In this document: in pieces, positions 1-12,600 of the stretch
How the letters are laid out: the number at the start of each line of letters is the position of its first letter
Numbering within the stretch: the stretch's first letter is position 1
Assembly: GCA_964016885.1 (NCBI GenBank)
Contig: OZ024742.1
Coordinates: forward strand, 174,654,001-174,718,000
DNA length: 64,000 nucleotides
Reading direction: 5' to 3'
Source: Eledone cirrhosa
Taxonomy: Eukaryota
Translations under genes and position numbers: made by a program
Notes under the pieces: generated by a model
Told to the model about the DNA's origin: nothing
Seen by the model: the letters and a program-made list of their open reading frames with translations, nothing else
Databases searched by the model: none

Positions 1-215
1 TCGGACTGGGTGTTGTGTTGTGTCCTTGATCAAGACACTTTATTTCACGTTGCTTGAGTTTACTCAGCTGTAGAAATGGGTTGTGATGTCACTGGTGTCA
101 AGCTGTATCGGCCATTGCATTTCCTTTGAGAGAGGAGGCTGGTATGCATGGGTGACTGCTGGTCTTCTACAAACAACCTTGCCCAGACTTTTGCTTCAGA
201 GGTAAACTTTCTATG
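1..215 (+). mobile_element. CORE-like SINE fragment (5' end outside window)
   Basis: GTGTCCTTGATCAAGACACTT...CAGCTGTAGAAATGGG resembles the CORE-SINE central domain; a related decayed copy lies near 31050-31240. Confidence 0.55.
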
Positions 216-564
216 TGAAAATCCGATGATCTTTATCCATGTGCAAATCCGGGGTCTTTATCCTTACCCTAGATAGGTAAACATGCCAGAAAATACAAAT
301 TTCCCTGGAAAATGATAAATACCTATAATCGATTTCAGACCTTGATTGACCCTCAGGAAAAGACTTGTATATCATCGAAACAAACACAAGGAAATATGTA
401 ATTGATGGGCTTATGTATCCATTCACTCATAGTATTATTCTGAAATAAACATACTAATTTGCATATAATTAGCACTCACTTTGGTAATTAAGATTATATA
501 GTAAGATGTGCACTAGCAGCCAAAGTTTACAAAGTGTATTCTTCCAACTGTTCCTCCATTTCTC

Positions 565-565
<1 letters not shown>

Positions 566-617
<52 letters not shown>
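566..617. repeat. (TA)n microsatellite
   Basis: Direct inspection. Confidence 0.95.
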
Positions 618-619
<2 letters not shown>

Positions 620-1402
620 TCAGCCTCACCACTTCCCAGCCCAACCATGTCCACCATGTAAAATGGTAGTGTCGGAGTCATGATAAAATGCTCCCAGTAC
701 ACTCTGTAAAATAATTGGTATAAGGAAGAGAATCCAGATGTAGAAACCAAGCCAAATGGAAGCATATGAGCAGGATGCAGTCACCTGACCAGCCTGACAT
801 TAACTGATGATATATATGTATATATACACACACACACATACACACACACACGCACACACACATACACAATCATCATCATCAATGAAGCAAATGAGGTAAG
901 GTTTAGTAGTTTCTGGCAATGGACAGAAGAATAGATGCATTTTGTTGAGGCAAATACTGTGTAGCTGCATAACTGCTATCGATTAGTCAAAATATCGATA
1001 CAAGTTTTGTTTATTTTGCCCACTGAGACAATTGTAAAACAATGGATTAATTATCTACTAAACTTTTTCTTATTTGTTTCATTGTTTAACATTATATATC
1101 TGACACTCTACTTCTTGAATACTAAACATGTAATAAGATATCACCTTTCCACAAAAACAAATTTTGTATTGCTTCAATGGAATATTCATATCAGCACATT
1201 GCGGTGTAATAAGATTATAAATCTTATTGTAATTAGACAGAATAGTAATGTGTATGTTTATGATATTCATTTTATTAATGCTAAATAGGGAGTCTTGTTA
1301 CTCTGGAATATCAAGACTCACTATTTAGCCTTAATAAAATTAATATTAAAACTCTACTTCGGTATTGAGTACTTTTTTCTCTCAGCCGTCAACCACACAT
1401 GG

Positions 1403-1412
<10 letters not shown>

Positions 1413-1490
<78 letters not shown>
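1413..1490. repeat. (TG)n microsatellite
   Basis: Direct inspection. Confidence 0.95.
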
Positions 1491-1494
<4 letters not shown>

Positions 1495-1791
1495 CAGTTA
1501 CGATTTACATGATTTTCACTCTACAAACGTTTCAATGCAGGAGGGCAAACCATACCACAATAGATATACTGGGTGCTTGTCCACAGTTCTATATATCCTC
1601 TTATTAAAATTTTGAGCTCTGCAATTCATGTCATAACTGTCCATAACGTAGTCCACGGAGGTTGAAAAATCACCCAACCTTTTGTATTATTGTTTGACCA
1701 AGGATACGGATTAGCATTGAGCTTCTACACTCTTCACCACAATATATATTGATAAGCGCCAATATAACTTAACATATATATATATATATAT

Positions 1792-2150
1792 ATAAACGGA
1801 AAAAATGAAACGAAATTTCATTTCCCATTCTTAGTACGACTGTTACTAAGAGTGGGAAATGAAATTTCGTTTCATTTTTGCCGTTTATCGTTTTCGGTGC
1901 ACCCGGCCGATTAACCCACTCGATATGCAAATTGGGCTACTCAGCCGTTAATATGCATAAGGTAAGTATATATTCAACAATCTGGCAGGAAGGTATACGT
2001 TGCTGACGATAGCTAATAAGCTTGAAACTAGTACAGCGTTCCTTTGTCAGTGTTGAACAAACGAGCAATGATGGTTGCTAGACACTATGGCTTAATACGG
2101 GATGTTTGTTTACAAACACACCGAGCATTATAATAAATGTTCGGTGAATA
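1792..2150 (+). mobile_element. Penelope-like pLTR fragment with inverted 5' segment, between (TA)n tracts
   Basis: 45-bp inverted repeat (1792-1836 / 1844-1888), hammerhead motif at 1982-2050, AATAAA near the 3' end, TA-rich flanks. Confidence 0.6.
1982..2050 (+). ncRNA. Type I minimal hammerhead ribozyme
   Basis: CTGACGA (2003-2009), stem II AGCT-AATA-AGCT, GAAA (2024-2027), palindromic stem III ACTAGT, GUA cleavage after 2033, stem I ACGTTG/CAGCGT plus distal CTGGCA/TGTCAG. Confidence 0.8.
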
Positions 2151-2248
2151 CATACGTACATATATATATGTGTGTGCATGTATGTATATATATATATATA
2201 CAAACTACTGTACGTCTGTATACATATATGTATGTACGTGTACATACT

Positions 2249-2281
<33 letters not shown>

Positions 2282-2365
2282 CAAAGTATATATTGAGTTA
2301 GAAACTCATTAAGGTCCATTATAATTAAAATTAACTCAAGGAAAAACATTTTCCGGGCCGTGTAA

Positions 2366-2700
2366 TATAATTCAATAAAGGGAGAACACAGATGTATACA
2401 CATCTGTATTCAGATTATAAGGGACCAAAATTTGAATACCTAGAATTGAAGGGTTTACTAATTCCTTACATCCACTGACAAGCAGAAGAATTCGTAATAC
2501 CCTTCAATTAATGCGGAACAGTTTACCAAATACTGTCTGGGTGTTCTTGATAGTTATCACAAACAGTTTGTTTTTTCTTAATATTTTCTTTTAATTGAGT
2601 CTGGCTGACAGTTTTGTTTATAGCTAGTGTACCCTTCAACCTAGAAAATGTTGGTCCCTTATAATCTGAATACAGATGTGTTCTTTCTTTATTGAATATA
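2366..2700. repeat. Imperfect inverted repeat (about 75-95 bp arms), MITE-like or Penelope-type inversion
   Basis: CACATCTGTATTCAGATTATAAGGGACCAA at about 2399-2428 and its reverse complement at about 2651-2680; homology extends on both sides. Confidence 0.75.
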
Positions 2701-3126
2701 TATGTGTGTGTGTGTGTGTCTTTATCTTTACTGTTTCTTTTTGTCCTGCAACTTAGAGGTTTGATAAAGAGCGATCAATAAAATAAGTGCAAAACTTGAA
2801 AAACCTACTGGGCTAACATGATCAACTAAATCCCTTTAAGGTGATGCTCCAGCTTTGCTGCAATCTAATTACTGAACCTAGTAAAAGACTAATATCATCA
2901 ACATAACATTGATATTCTCTAGCATTTTATAAAGATGGATGTATTTATAATAATTCATTGTTTTGACATCTCTGGTTTTTTCCTACTATCATTGACTATC
3001 CTACTCCATATCAGGTTTTATTGTTCAAATTAAAATTTGACAAGATTATATATTTTGAGATATTGAGAGTTAGAATATTTGATAAAATGACAAGTTGAAG
3101 TAACAACTATTATGTATTATACTAAC

Positions 3127-3310
3127 GGCGGTGGATTGGCAGTATCGGTAGAGGGACGGACGCCATGCTTTCCATCATAGTTACGTCCCTTTACGATCTG
3201 AGTTCAAATCCCGCCGAGGTTGACTTTACCTTTCATCCTTACGGGGTCGATAAAATAAAGTACCAGTAATGCACTGGGTAATTGCTGGCCTTGTGCCTAA
3301 AGTAGAAACA
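3127..3310 (+). mobile_element. tRNA-derived SINE with Deu/Nin-like domain, full length, 16-bp TSD
   Basis: A-box-like TGGCAGTATCGG, B-box GAGTTCAAATCC, CCTTTCATCCTTACGGGGTCGATAAAATAAAGTACCAG; TSD ATTATGTATTATACTA at 3109-3124 and 3311-3326. Confidence 0.8.
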
Positions 3311-3531
3311 ATTATGTATTATACTATCTAAAATGATACTGTCATTTTCTTTGCCAGTCTTCTGCAATGTTTTATATGATGATGATCATCATCATTTAAC
3401 GTCCATTTATATATATATATATTCTTTTGAATTTGAAGGTAAATATGTGAAAAGAAATTGACCATGTGCAGTTAAATACATCTAAATATAAAAAAAGCTG
3501 TTCCATAGTTGTTGTTATTATTATTATATAA

Positions 3532-3885
3532 GAGCTGTGGATTGGCAGTGTCTGAAGAGGGCCGGATGTCATGCTTTGCAACATAGAGTTGTGGCTCTTT
3601 ATTGTCTGAGTTCAAATCCTGCCGAGTTTAACTTTGCCTTTTGTTCGATAAAATAAAGTTCCAGTAATAAACTGGGGTCGATTTAATCGACTTTCCCCTC
3701 CCCCAAATTACTGGCCTTGTGCCTATACTAGAAATCATTATTATTTGAATTGGCAGTATTGGTAGAGGGCCGGACGCCATGCTTTGACTCATAGAGTTAC
3801 GGCCCTTGCCATTCGGCGTCGATAAAATAAAGTACCAGTAATGCACTGGATATTTGCTGGCCTTGTGCCAAAAGTAGAAACAATT
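3532..3885 (+). mobile_element. Two tandem copies of the same SINE family
   Basis: Repeated head ATTGGCAGT..GAGGGCCGGA and tail GGCCTTGTGCC...AGAAAYMATTATT. Confidence 0.75.
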
Positions 3886-3909
3886 ATTATTGTTGTTGTT
3901 GTTGTTGTT

Positions 3910-4430
3910 ATTTTCTTTTCAGAGAATTGTGTTGTTCCTCTATTGCTATTTGGATTGCTAGATATCAAGCTGTCACCTACAGCTTTAGGTATATTTAACA
4001 CCTTTTGTATGGTTCTTGCTTTGCCAAGCAAACAAGCCTTTCGTGGAATCCGGAAATTCCCTTCTAATATCTTCAATCACATATTATCATTATTTATTAT
4101 ATTACATCAGGATTCATCTGGTAAGGTATGTGTGGTTAGTAGATTACTACCTGTAACCTTAGGTATCTACATAATTTCAATAAGCTATTAAGAGCTAAAA
4201 ACTCTTCTGATGTTCTTCTCTGTTCCCTAGAGTTAAACGTTCTATGGAAGCTCTTCAGGACAGTCCACTCTAATCTCCTTCATCCATTTGTCTATTTTAT
4301 CACTCACAGTCCCATGTGCACCAATTATCACAAGCACAATCTTTTTAGATTCCGGGTTCCAACTGTAAGTGGTTGCCATTTTCTACTTTTTCATCTGCTT
4401 TCTTCCCAATCCTAGTATTAAAGGACTTGA
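3910..4430 (-). mobile_element. Decayed R4/Dong-type (RLE) LINE 3' fragments
   Basis: Translates to KACLLGKARTIQKVLNI, matching the C-terminus of the intact 9778-13170 ORF (KACLLGTARTLRYVLNI). Confidence 0.65.
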
Positions 4431-4439
4431 ATTTTTATT

Positions 4440-4640
4440 ATTAGGCAGTATTGTTAGTGTTGGACTCCATGTTTTGCAGCATAGAGTTTTCAATCTGAGT
4501 TCAAATCCTGGTGTGTTAGGCTTTGCATTTCACCTTTATGGGGTAGACAGAATACAGTATCAATAGTGCACTGGGGTTAATTTAATCAACTTTCCCCTCA
4601 CTCCAAATTGTTGGCCTAGTGCCTAAATCAGAAATCCTTA
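4440..4640 (+). mobile_element. Diverged Deu/Nin-like SINE
   Basis: CTGAGTTCAAATCC, TTTCACCTTTATGGGGTAGA, tail GGCCTAGTGCCTAAATCAGAAATC. Confidence 0.65.
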
Positions 4641-4669
4641 TTATTGATATCATTATTATTTTTTTTTTT

Positions 4670-6090
4670 ATAGCGCATCATTAATGCTTTACCGAACACA
4701 GGTCTGTGCACCTTGGGTATGAGCAGTGTAGTTTTTGCTGGTGTTACTATTTTATTGATAGTACTTTTTTTCAATATGTGTGAAGTGCCTAGTAGTGCTA
4801 TTTTTTGTATGCTGTATATATTTGTAAGTCCTGGGGATTTTGTTATGTATTTGCCTGAGTTTTTTTTTTATCATTCTCAAATCACTTATTATTATAGCTA
4901 TTGTTTCTGTTTTCATTTTCCACATTTGAGTTATTTCTATTGCTAGATATTTATATTTGGTGAGTTTCTCTATTTCCTTGGACGATATATTGTCGTCTGT
5001 GGGGATTGATGCATCTATTATTATTATCATCGTTATTATTATTTAGCATGCTATTACTGCATTATTGAGCACAACTCTGTGCACCTTGGCTATGGGCAAT
5101 GTGGGTTTTGGTGGTGTTTCTTTTATTTTCTTGAGAGTACTCTCTGTAATATGTGTGCGGTGCCTAGGAGTGCTTTTTTTATGTTGTATATGTTTGTGAG
5201 ACCTGGTGTTTTGGCTATGTATCTGTCTGCATTCTGTTTTATCATTCCCAGTGTTCCTATAATTATAGGTATTGTTTCTGTTTTCAACATCCACATTTGG
5301 GTTATTTCTATCTCTTAATCTTTATATTTGGATAGTTTCTCCATTTCCTTGGTAGAAATGTTGCCATCAGTTGGGATTGATACATCAATCGAAAGACATT
5401 TCTTTCCTTTATAGTCTTTGACTATAATATCTGGCTGGTTGGCTTTGATCTCCCTGTCTGTATCTATTGGCATATCCCAAAGAATGGTTGCTTTGTCATT
5501 CTCTGATAACTTTTCTGGTGGATGTTTGTACCATCCTTTGTCTGTGGATATGTCACAGTGTTGGCATAATTTCCAATGTATGTATGTCCCTACTCTATCG
5601 TGTCTGTGGATGCATTCCTTTTTGGCTAAGACAGGGCAGCTTGAGATAATGTAGTTAATGGTTTCATCCCCACTTCCGCATATTCTGCGTTTACTCACTA
5701 TGTTCTTTTTCATTATGCATTTCAGGTGATTTCTGGTTGGGAGACTTAGATCTTGTGCTGCAACCAAAAATCCCTCTGTCTCAGCTTTCAGTCCAGTGCT
5801 TTGTAGCCAGTTGTATGTGCTTTGTTTGTCTACTCCCTCACATGGCATTCTGGATTGTTTTTCGTATGGATTTTAAGTTTTTTACAATTTCTGCTGTTCT
5901 TTCTTGTTTGTTTTCTTATTTCTCAGAGCCATCTGTTAGTTTGGTATCTGTTTTGTATTTATTGGCTTCTTTGAAGACTAAGTGTAATGTTTTGTTTTGT
6001 TCAGGTTTTGTAGCTATTTTTATTAATTTTTCTTTGTTCTTCCTTAGATATTTTTGTAGTCTTATAGTTATTTTATAATACTTTTCTAGT
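4670..6090 (-). mobile_element. Two tandem 5'-truncated RLE-type (R4/Dong-like) LINE copies of a second family
   Basis: RICG..ETINYIISSC, RHDRVGTYIHW, ILWD, PDII..D, EKLSKYKD motifs (5315-5848); the shorter copy at 4670-5015 repeats IPTDDNISSKEIEKLTKYK; separated by (ATT)n. Confidence 0.8.
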
Positions 6091-6109
6091 TGCATAAGGC
6101 CCGTTCCTC

Positions 6110-6272
6110 TTGAGGGTCAGACGCCATGCTTTTCAGCATAGAGTTACGGCCCTTGCCATTCTGAGTTCAACTCCCGCTGAGGTTAACTTTGCCTTTCATC
6201 CTTACCGGGTCGATAAAATAAAGTACCAGTAAGGCACTGGGATAATTGTTGGCCTTGTGCCAAATTTAGAAA
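6110..6272 (+). mobile_element. Deu/Nin-like SINE, 5'-truncated
   Basis: Near-identical to the 3127-3310 body; ends AGAAACA followed by (ATT)n. Confidence 0.8.
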
Positions 6273-6293
6273 CAATTATTATTATTATTATTG

Positions 6294-7277
6294 TTCTTTG
6301 AGCCTCAGTCATTGATGCTATTTAACTGGAAAGTTTGTTGAAATGAATATCAAGCCACTACCTGCAGCCTCAGATATTCAGGACGTATCGGGAGGATCTT
6401 GCTGATCCCAGCAAGCATGCCTTTTGAAGTGTTCCAAAAAGCGGGGCTGGACCAATCTTCTTTAACCATTCTTGGAAACTCTTTGAGATAGTACCTAGTG
6501 CGCCTATGACAATCGAGACGACCTTGATTTCATGGCAGTTCCTAATCCTTTTTAACTCCCACTTTAAATCCTGGTATCAGTTAATTTTCTCCCTCTCCTT
6601 TTCTTGCACTCTCGTGTCAAATGGGCAGGCTACATCTACAATCAGGCACAATCTTTTTTCCTTGTTCAAAACCACCAGGTCAGGCCTATTGTGTTCTAAT
6701 TTCTTGTCCGTCTGTATCCTAAAATCCCATAGCACCTTCACTTGATCGTTTTCTATCACCGCCTCTGACTTATGCTCATACCACTTCTCAGAATGTGGTA
6801 AATTGTTTACTTTGCATAGATGCCAGTGGATCACCCTGCCTATCACATCTTGTCTCCATCCTTTATAGTGAGTCTGGGCTAGGTGTTTATACTCGGATAC
6901 AATGTGAGCCACAGTCTCTATCTCTCTCTCTCCACAGATCCTACACAGTGAGCTAGCCTCCTCTTTGTTAATATGGTGTTTCACCCACTTCGTTCTGAGG
7001 GCCTCCTCTTGTGCAGCCATTAGCATTCCTTCTGTAGCCTTTTTAAGGTCTCCTCTTTTTAACCAGTTCCATGTCTGTGGATCTCTAAGTTCAGTTTTCT
7101 TGAAGAAGGTACTATGAAGGGATTTTTCATGAAGGTTGCTCTTCCTCCTTGTTGTTATTTCCTCCTTGGACATCCCCTGTCTATTGTCTTCTCCTTCAGT
7201 ACAATTCTGAGCATTGTCTTCCTACTGTCAGTCACGTATTTGTGCAGGCTGTTTTTCTCCATCTGAACACAGCCCTC
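6294..7277 (-). mobile_element. R4/Dong-type LINE 3' fragment, same family as 9700-13402
   Basis: ORF 6577-7173 nearly identical in protein to the intact element C-terminus (CRICG, VLWDF, RPDLVV, IVDVACP); 3' end abuts (TAA)n. Confidence 0.9.
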
Positions 7278-9260
7278 ATGCGATATTTCATAGAGAGGGT
7301 GGTTAAGGAACCTGACACAGGTGGGGCCCTGATCAACTTGGATCAATCTAAAGCATTTGATACGGTCGACCATCGGTACCTGGCTGCGGTCCTCGAGGCG
7401 GCCGGCTTTTGGACCGTTTTTAGGGGCTGGATCGCTGCGATGCACAGCGACATCTGCTCGATTGTGAGGGTGAATGGTCACCTGTCGCAGCATTTCAGCA
7501 TCATGCGCTTTGTCAGCCAGGGCTCCCCCTCTCGTCCCTCTTGTATGTACTGGCCCTAGAGCCATTACTGCACAAATTGGAGACGATGGGGGTCCCACAC
7601 GAACTGGGATGCAGAAGATCTGTGTCCACTTACACCGACGACGTGACTGTTGTGGTTTCGAACACCAAATTCGTCCAGATGCTCTGCACCACTCTCAAGG
7701 AATACGAAGTGGTGACAGGAGCGAAAATAAACCAGGAAATGTCAGTGGGTTTGCAACTTGGCACCTGGAGAGGCAAGTCCATGCCATCCAACAGCATCGT
7801 GGGCCGCTGGAGGCAAGGACCGGTTAAATTGCTCAGGGTCTGGTTCGATCCAGATGGAGAAAAACTGGAGCGAGGTGACGAGCAGGGTGGCCTCTCTCAT
7901 CCGGAAATGGGTCGAGAGGAGACTGTCTCTGAAAGGTCGGGCGGAGTTGACGAATGCGTATATTGCGTCCGTCCTCTACTACCGCCTGACCGTCGTACCT
8001 TGCCCCCGCCCAACTCTGACCAAAATGGAGCGCCATCTCTTCCGCTTTTTGTGGAAGCGACATGCTTCCATGGTCAGACGATCCATTTGCTGTCAACACC
8101 CATTGCGTGGAGGACTAGCATGGCATGGCCGATGATGTGCAAATATGCGCTGAGACTGCGACATCTCTGGTGCCTGCTTGACGGTGAACAGGTGTGGTCG
8201 CCGTTTGCCAGACGCGCTTTTCCCCAGCTCATCTCCTTGATGAAGCTGCAGTCCTGGATCAGGAAAAGACCGAGGGTTAGTGCTTGGAAGCTGGAATGTC
8301 TCCAAGTACTCACCAGTCTCTACCAGCTGGGCACTAGTATCGGTGGAATATCCACCTCGGCATTCTATAGAGGGCTAATGGAGGGAAAGAGCGACGACGT
8401 TTTCGGAGAGACTCTGGGCGTCGAAGACGATCAGCTGTTTGCTCTGTTCAAGAGAACTTTCAGCATGGGGCCTATGGACAACTTCCAGAAATCCCTGGCC
8501 TGGCAGTGCTACCAGGGAGCATTGCCGGTTCGGGATAAGTTCTACAGGCACGGAGGTGCTGTCAGTCGAGCCTGTCCGAGATGCGCGCAGGGCGACGAAA
8601 CCATCCTGCACGCACTCGTTCAGTGCCCGAGAATTGCTGACTTGTGGAGCTATGTCGAACAGCTGCTGTCGCGTGTAGGACGGATCTGGTTATCGACTGA
8701 GTCCATTATGCAGATAGCCCCGCCAACCTTCTTTAAAGAGGAGGAAGGGCAGCCAGTTTTCATCTGCTTGCTGGCCATGGCGAAAGAGATTGTGTGGTGG
8801 ACAAGGTTGAAAGGGTTGAAGACGGGCACTTTCCTCTCCGGCCAATCCCTGATTAACTTTTTCAAGTTTAACTTGAAGAGGAAAATCAGAGTGGAGAGGC
8901 AAGTGCTGTCTTCTAGTAAGTTTGTTGAAAGGTGGGTGAAAGTGGCGAGTCTGGTCCAAGTGAATGGGCCCGCTCTGAGTATGTGCCTGTAGACTGAGGA
9001 GTGGGAAAACAGAGAGAGGGCGCTTGCCCTGGTGGTCAGGGTGGCTATGGTCTTTTGTGTGGTTTTCACCATGAGTGACCCTCGGAGGTTTTCCCTCTTT
9101 TGGGAATATTTGTTGTTTGAATTTTTTTTATCTCTATCCCGATTTTTATTTTGTTATAACCTGTTTACACTACCAAAACCCACTTTGTATCGTCCTGTAC
9201 TGTTCTATGCCGTTTGTAATGTTTTTCTTCATGTTAGCCCTTGCGGCCAATAAAGAAACC
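7274..9260 (+). mobile_element. Tx1/L1-group LINE 3' fragment (RT C-terminal half, zinc finger, 3'UTR)
   Basis: LDQSKAFDTVDH, YTDDV, CPRC..ETILHALVQC; homologous to 17516-19484; ends AATAAAGAAACC then (ATT)n. Confidence 0.9.
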
Positions 9261-9284
9261 ATTATTATTATTATTATTACAGCT

Positions 9285-9635
9285 GCATTTATCTTGCTTT
9301 ATGTTCATACGAGTTATCACCAAGTCACAACCAGTGACCTCAAGAGACAACAAGGTCCGCCATGTTCAAGAAAGAACATACATACTCACACATGCATCTT
9401 TAGGTGTTTAGACTCGTGATGTACTTATATTGACAGAATCTTCCTTAGTATATGGGCAGTTCCCATTACTACTATCTTTTGTATTTCTCCTATACGCGGG
9501 TTTCCTGGGATTTGCGATAAGTAATCATTAGACGCCTTAGGTATCATTCCTAGAGCACCTACAACCACTGGTATTGTTTTGGTTCTCAATTTCCACATTT
9601 TTCCAATTTCTATCTCCAGCTCAATTTTTCAAATG
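9285..9635 (-). mobile_element. Decayed RLE-type LINE 3' fragment
   Basis: Minus strand reads LEIEIGKMWKLRTKTIPVVVGALGMIPK, typical of the RLE C-terminus; bounded by (ATT)n. Confidence 0.7.
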
Positions 9636-9699
9636 TTTTTATACATACATTCTGGTCTATTGGAACGGACATTATTATTATTATTATTATTGTTATTGT

Positions 9700-12600
9700 T
9701 ATTCCTTGAATCTCAGTCATTGATGTTGGTTAACTGGAAAGTCCGTTGGATTGAATATCAAGCCACTACCTGCAGCCTCAGATATTCAGGACGTATCGGA
9801 GGGTTCTTGCCGTTCCAAGCAAGCATGCCTTTTGAAGCGTTCCAAAAAGCGTGAAGGGGCCGATTTTCTTTAACCATCCCTGGAAACCTTTGGAGATAGT
9901 CCCCAGTGCGCCTATGACAATCGGGATCACTTTGACTTCATGGCAGTTCCAAATCCTTTTCACCTCCCACTTTAGGTCCTGGTATCGGTTAATTTTCTCC
10001 CTCTCCTTCTCTTGCACTCTCGTGTCGAACGGGCAGGCCACATCCACAATCAGGCACGATCTTTTTTCTTTGTCCACAACCACCAGGTCAGGTCTATTGT
10101 GTTCCAGTTTTTTGTCCGTCTGTATCCTAAAATCCCACAGCACCTTCACCTGATTGTTCTCCATCACCGCCTCTGGCCTATGCTCATACCATTTCTCAGA
10201 ATGTGGTAGATTGTTTACTTTGCACAGGTGCCAGTGGATCACCCTGCCCATCACATCGTGTCTCCAGCCCTTATAGTGGGTCTGGGCTAGGTGTTTACAC
10301 TCGGACACAATGTGAGCCACAGTCTCCTCTCTCTCTCCACAGATCCTGCACAGTGGGCTAGCCTCCTCCTTGTAGATATGGTGCTTCAACCACTTCGTTT
10401 TGAGGGCCTGCTCCTGCGCAGCCATTAGCATTCCTTCTGTAGCCTTTTTGAGGTCTCCTCTTCTCAACCAGTTCCATGTCTGTGGATCTCTAAATTCAGT
10501 TTTCTCAAAGAAGGTACTATGAAGGGATTTTCCCTTAAGGCTGCTCTTCCTCCTTGATGTTATTTCCTCCTTGGGTATCCCCTGGCCTACTGTCCCCTCC
10601 TTCAGTACAGCTCTGAGCATTGGCTCCTTACTATAGGTCACGTATTTGTATAGGTTGTTTTTCTCCATCTGAACACAGTCCTCTATGCTGATAAGACCTC
10701 TTCCACCCTCAGATCTCCTTAGGTAGAGTCTATCGACATCACTCCTCTTGTGGAACATGTTGTAGATAGTCAATAGCTTCCTAGTCTTCCTATCCATTTC
10801 TTTTTGTTCAGCAACATTCCATCTCAGAATTCCCGCACTGTACCTAATAATAGACACAGCTCGGGAATTTACTGCGCTTATGGCATTTCTGCTGTTCAGA
10901 TGTGACTTCAATACGCTCCTTACTCTCCGAATGTATTCAGTTCTTAACAATTCCTTCATTTTTTTGTTCTTTATGCCATCAGCCTCCAGAACGCCCAAAT
11001 ACTTGTATCCTTCCTCAGAGTCAATTTCCTTTATCATCTCACCTGTTGGTATCTGGATCCCGTTACTTCTGCTCAACCTACCCCTCCTCATCACAATGAC
11101 TCCACATTTACCAATACCAAACTGCATACATATATCACTGCTGAAAATACGGACAGTGTCAACAAGCACATCCAACTCCTTCTCACTTTTCCCGAAGAGC
11201 TTAAGGTCGTCCATGAAGAGGAGGTGATTGATGGTAAGCTCTCCCCTTCCCAACTTGTATCCTGCTCTCACTTTCCGCAGCATAATGGTCAAGGGCATCA
11301 GGGCAAGGACAAACAACAGAGGGGACAGGCTATCTCCCTGGAAGATACCTCTCTTGATCTTCACGCTTCCCAAGGATACTCCAGTTGATGTCAACTCTGT
11401 CTCCCAGGACCCCATACTCCTGCCCAGCAACTGTCTGATGTTATCTGCCACCCTGAAGATCTCCAGGCTTTTGGTGATCCAGGAATGAGGCACCATGTCA
11501 AATGCCTTTCTGTAGTCTATCCATCCCATGGCAAGATCAGTGTGTCTCCTCCTGCAATTCCCCATTACCATCTTATCAATAAGCAACTGGTCCTTTGTAC
11601 CACGTGACTTCTTTCGGCATCCTTTCTGTTCGTCCGGCAACAAGTTGTTTGTGTGGAGGTGATGGTAGATTTCCTCAGACACAATGCTCGTCAACAGTTT
11701 CCACATTACGGGCAGACATGTGATAGGTCTATAGTTGGTGACATCATTACCCTTGATTTGGTCTTTCATTATCAGAACTGTGGTACCTTTTGTCAACCAC
11801 TCTGGCACCTCACCCGACACCAAGCAGTCATTGAACATGGCCGTCAGCTTCGGGTGGAGGGATGTTAAATGTTTAATCCAATACCCCTGCACACCATCTG
11901 GGCCTGGTGATTTCCAGTTGGTTAGTTTTTTGGCTTGCCCCTTAAGAGTTTCAACTGTGATACTCAAATCAGTCTGTTGCTGTGCCTGCTCACCGATCTC
12001 CCTCTGTACTGTCTCAATCCACCCTGCCTGGGCATTGTGTCTAACATCCTGCTCCCATATTCCTCTCCAGAATGTTTTAGCTTGTTCCGCCCCAGGGATC
12101 AAGTCGGTGCCTCTTTCTTTCCCCTCAAGCTGTCCAAACAGCATCTTCTGGTTGTTGTCGAACATGCGGTTCTGTTTATACCGACTGACTCTGTTCTCGT
12201 ATCGCCTGATTTTGGCACTCTTTGCTACAATGCGTTGCTTCAATTCCTCTATGATAATATTTAGCTTTTTACTCCTAGTTTTGTATTTTATTTCCAGTCT
12301 ATTTTTAGTGCCTATGTTTTTTAGTGTCCCATTCAGTAGTGACTCAAGCTTTCCTATGTCATTTCTCATTTCCCCGATTTGCCCACTCAGTCGCTTCTTC
12401 CACCACGGCTCTGCTCTTTCTTGTCTGTTGTTTCCTCTCGCTTTTATACCAAGTAGTTTCCTCACCGTATTTGCTGTTGCTTTGAGGATATTGTTGCACT
12501 GGTGAAGACTCCTCGCCTCAAGGTATGGGATGACTTTGTTTACCTTAGCTGTTGTTTCTTTTAACTTTTTCCTGTCTACAAATCTTAGGTTCATAGGTCT

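Noticed and set aside
1505-1635. Decayed hammerhead on minus (GAAACGTTTGTA)
   Set aside because: No CUGANGA core
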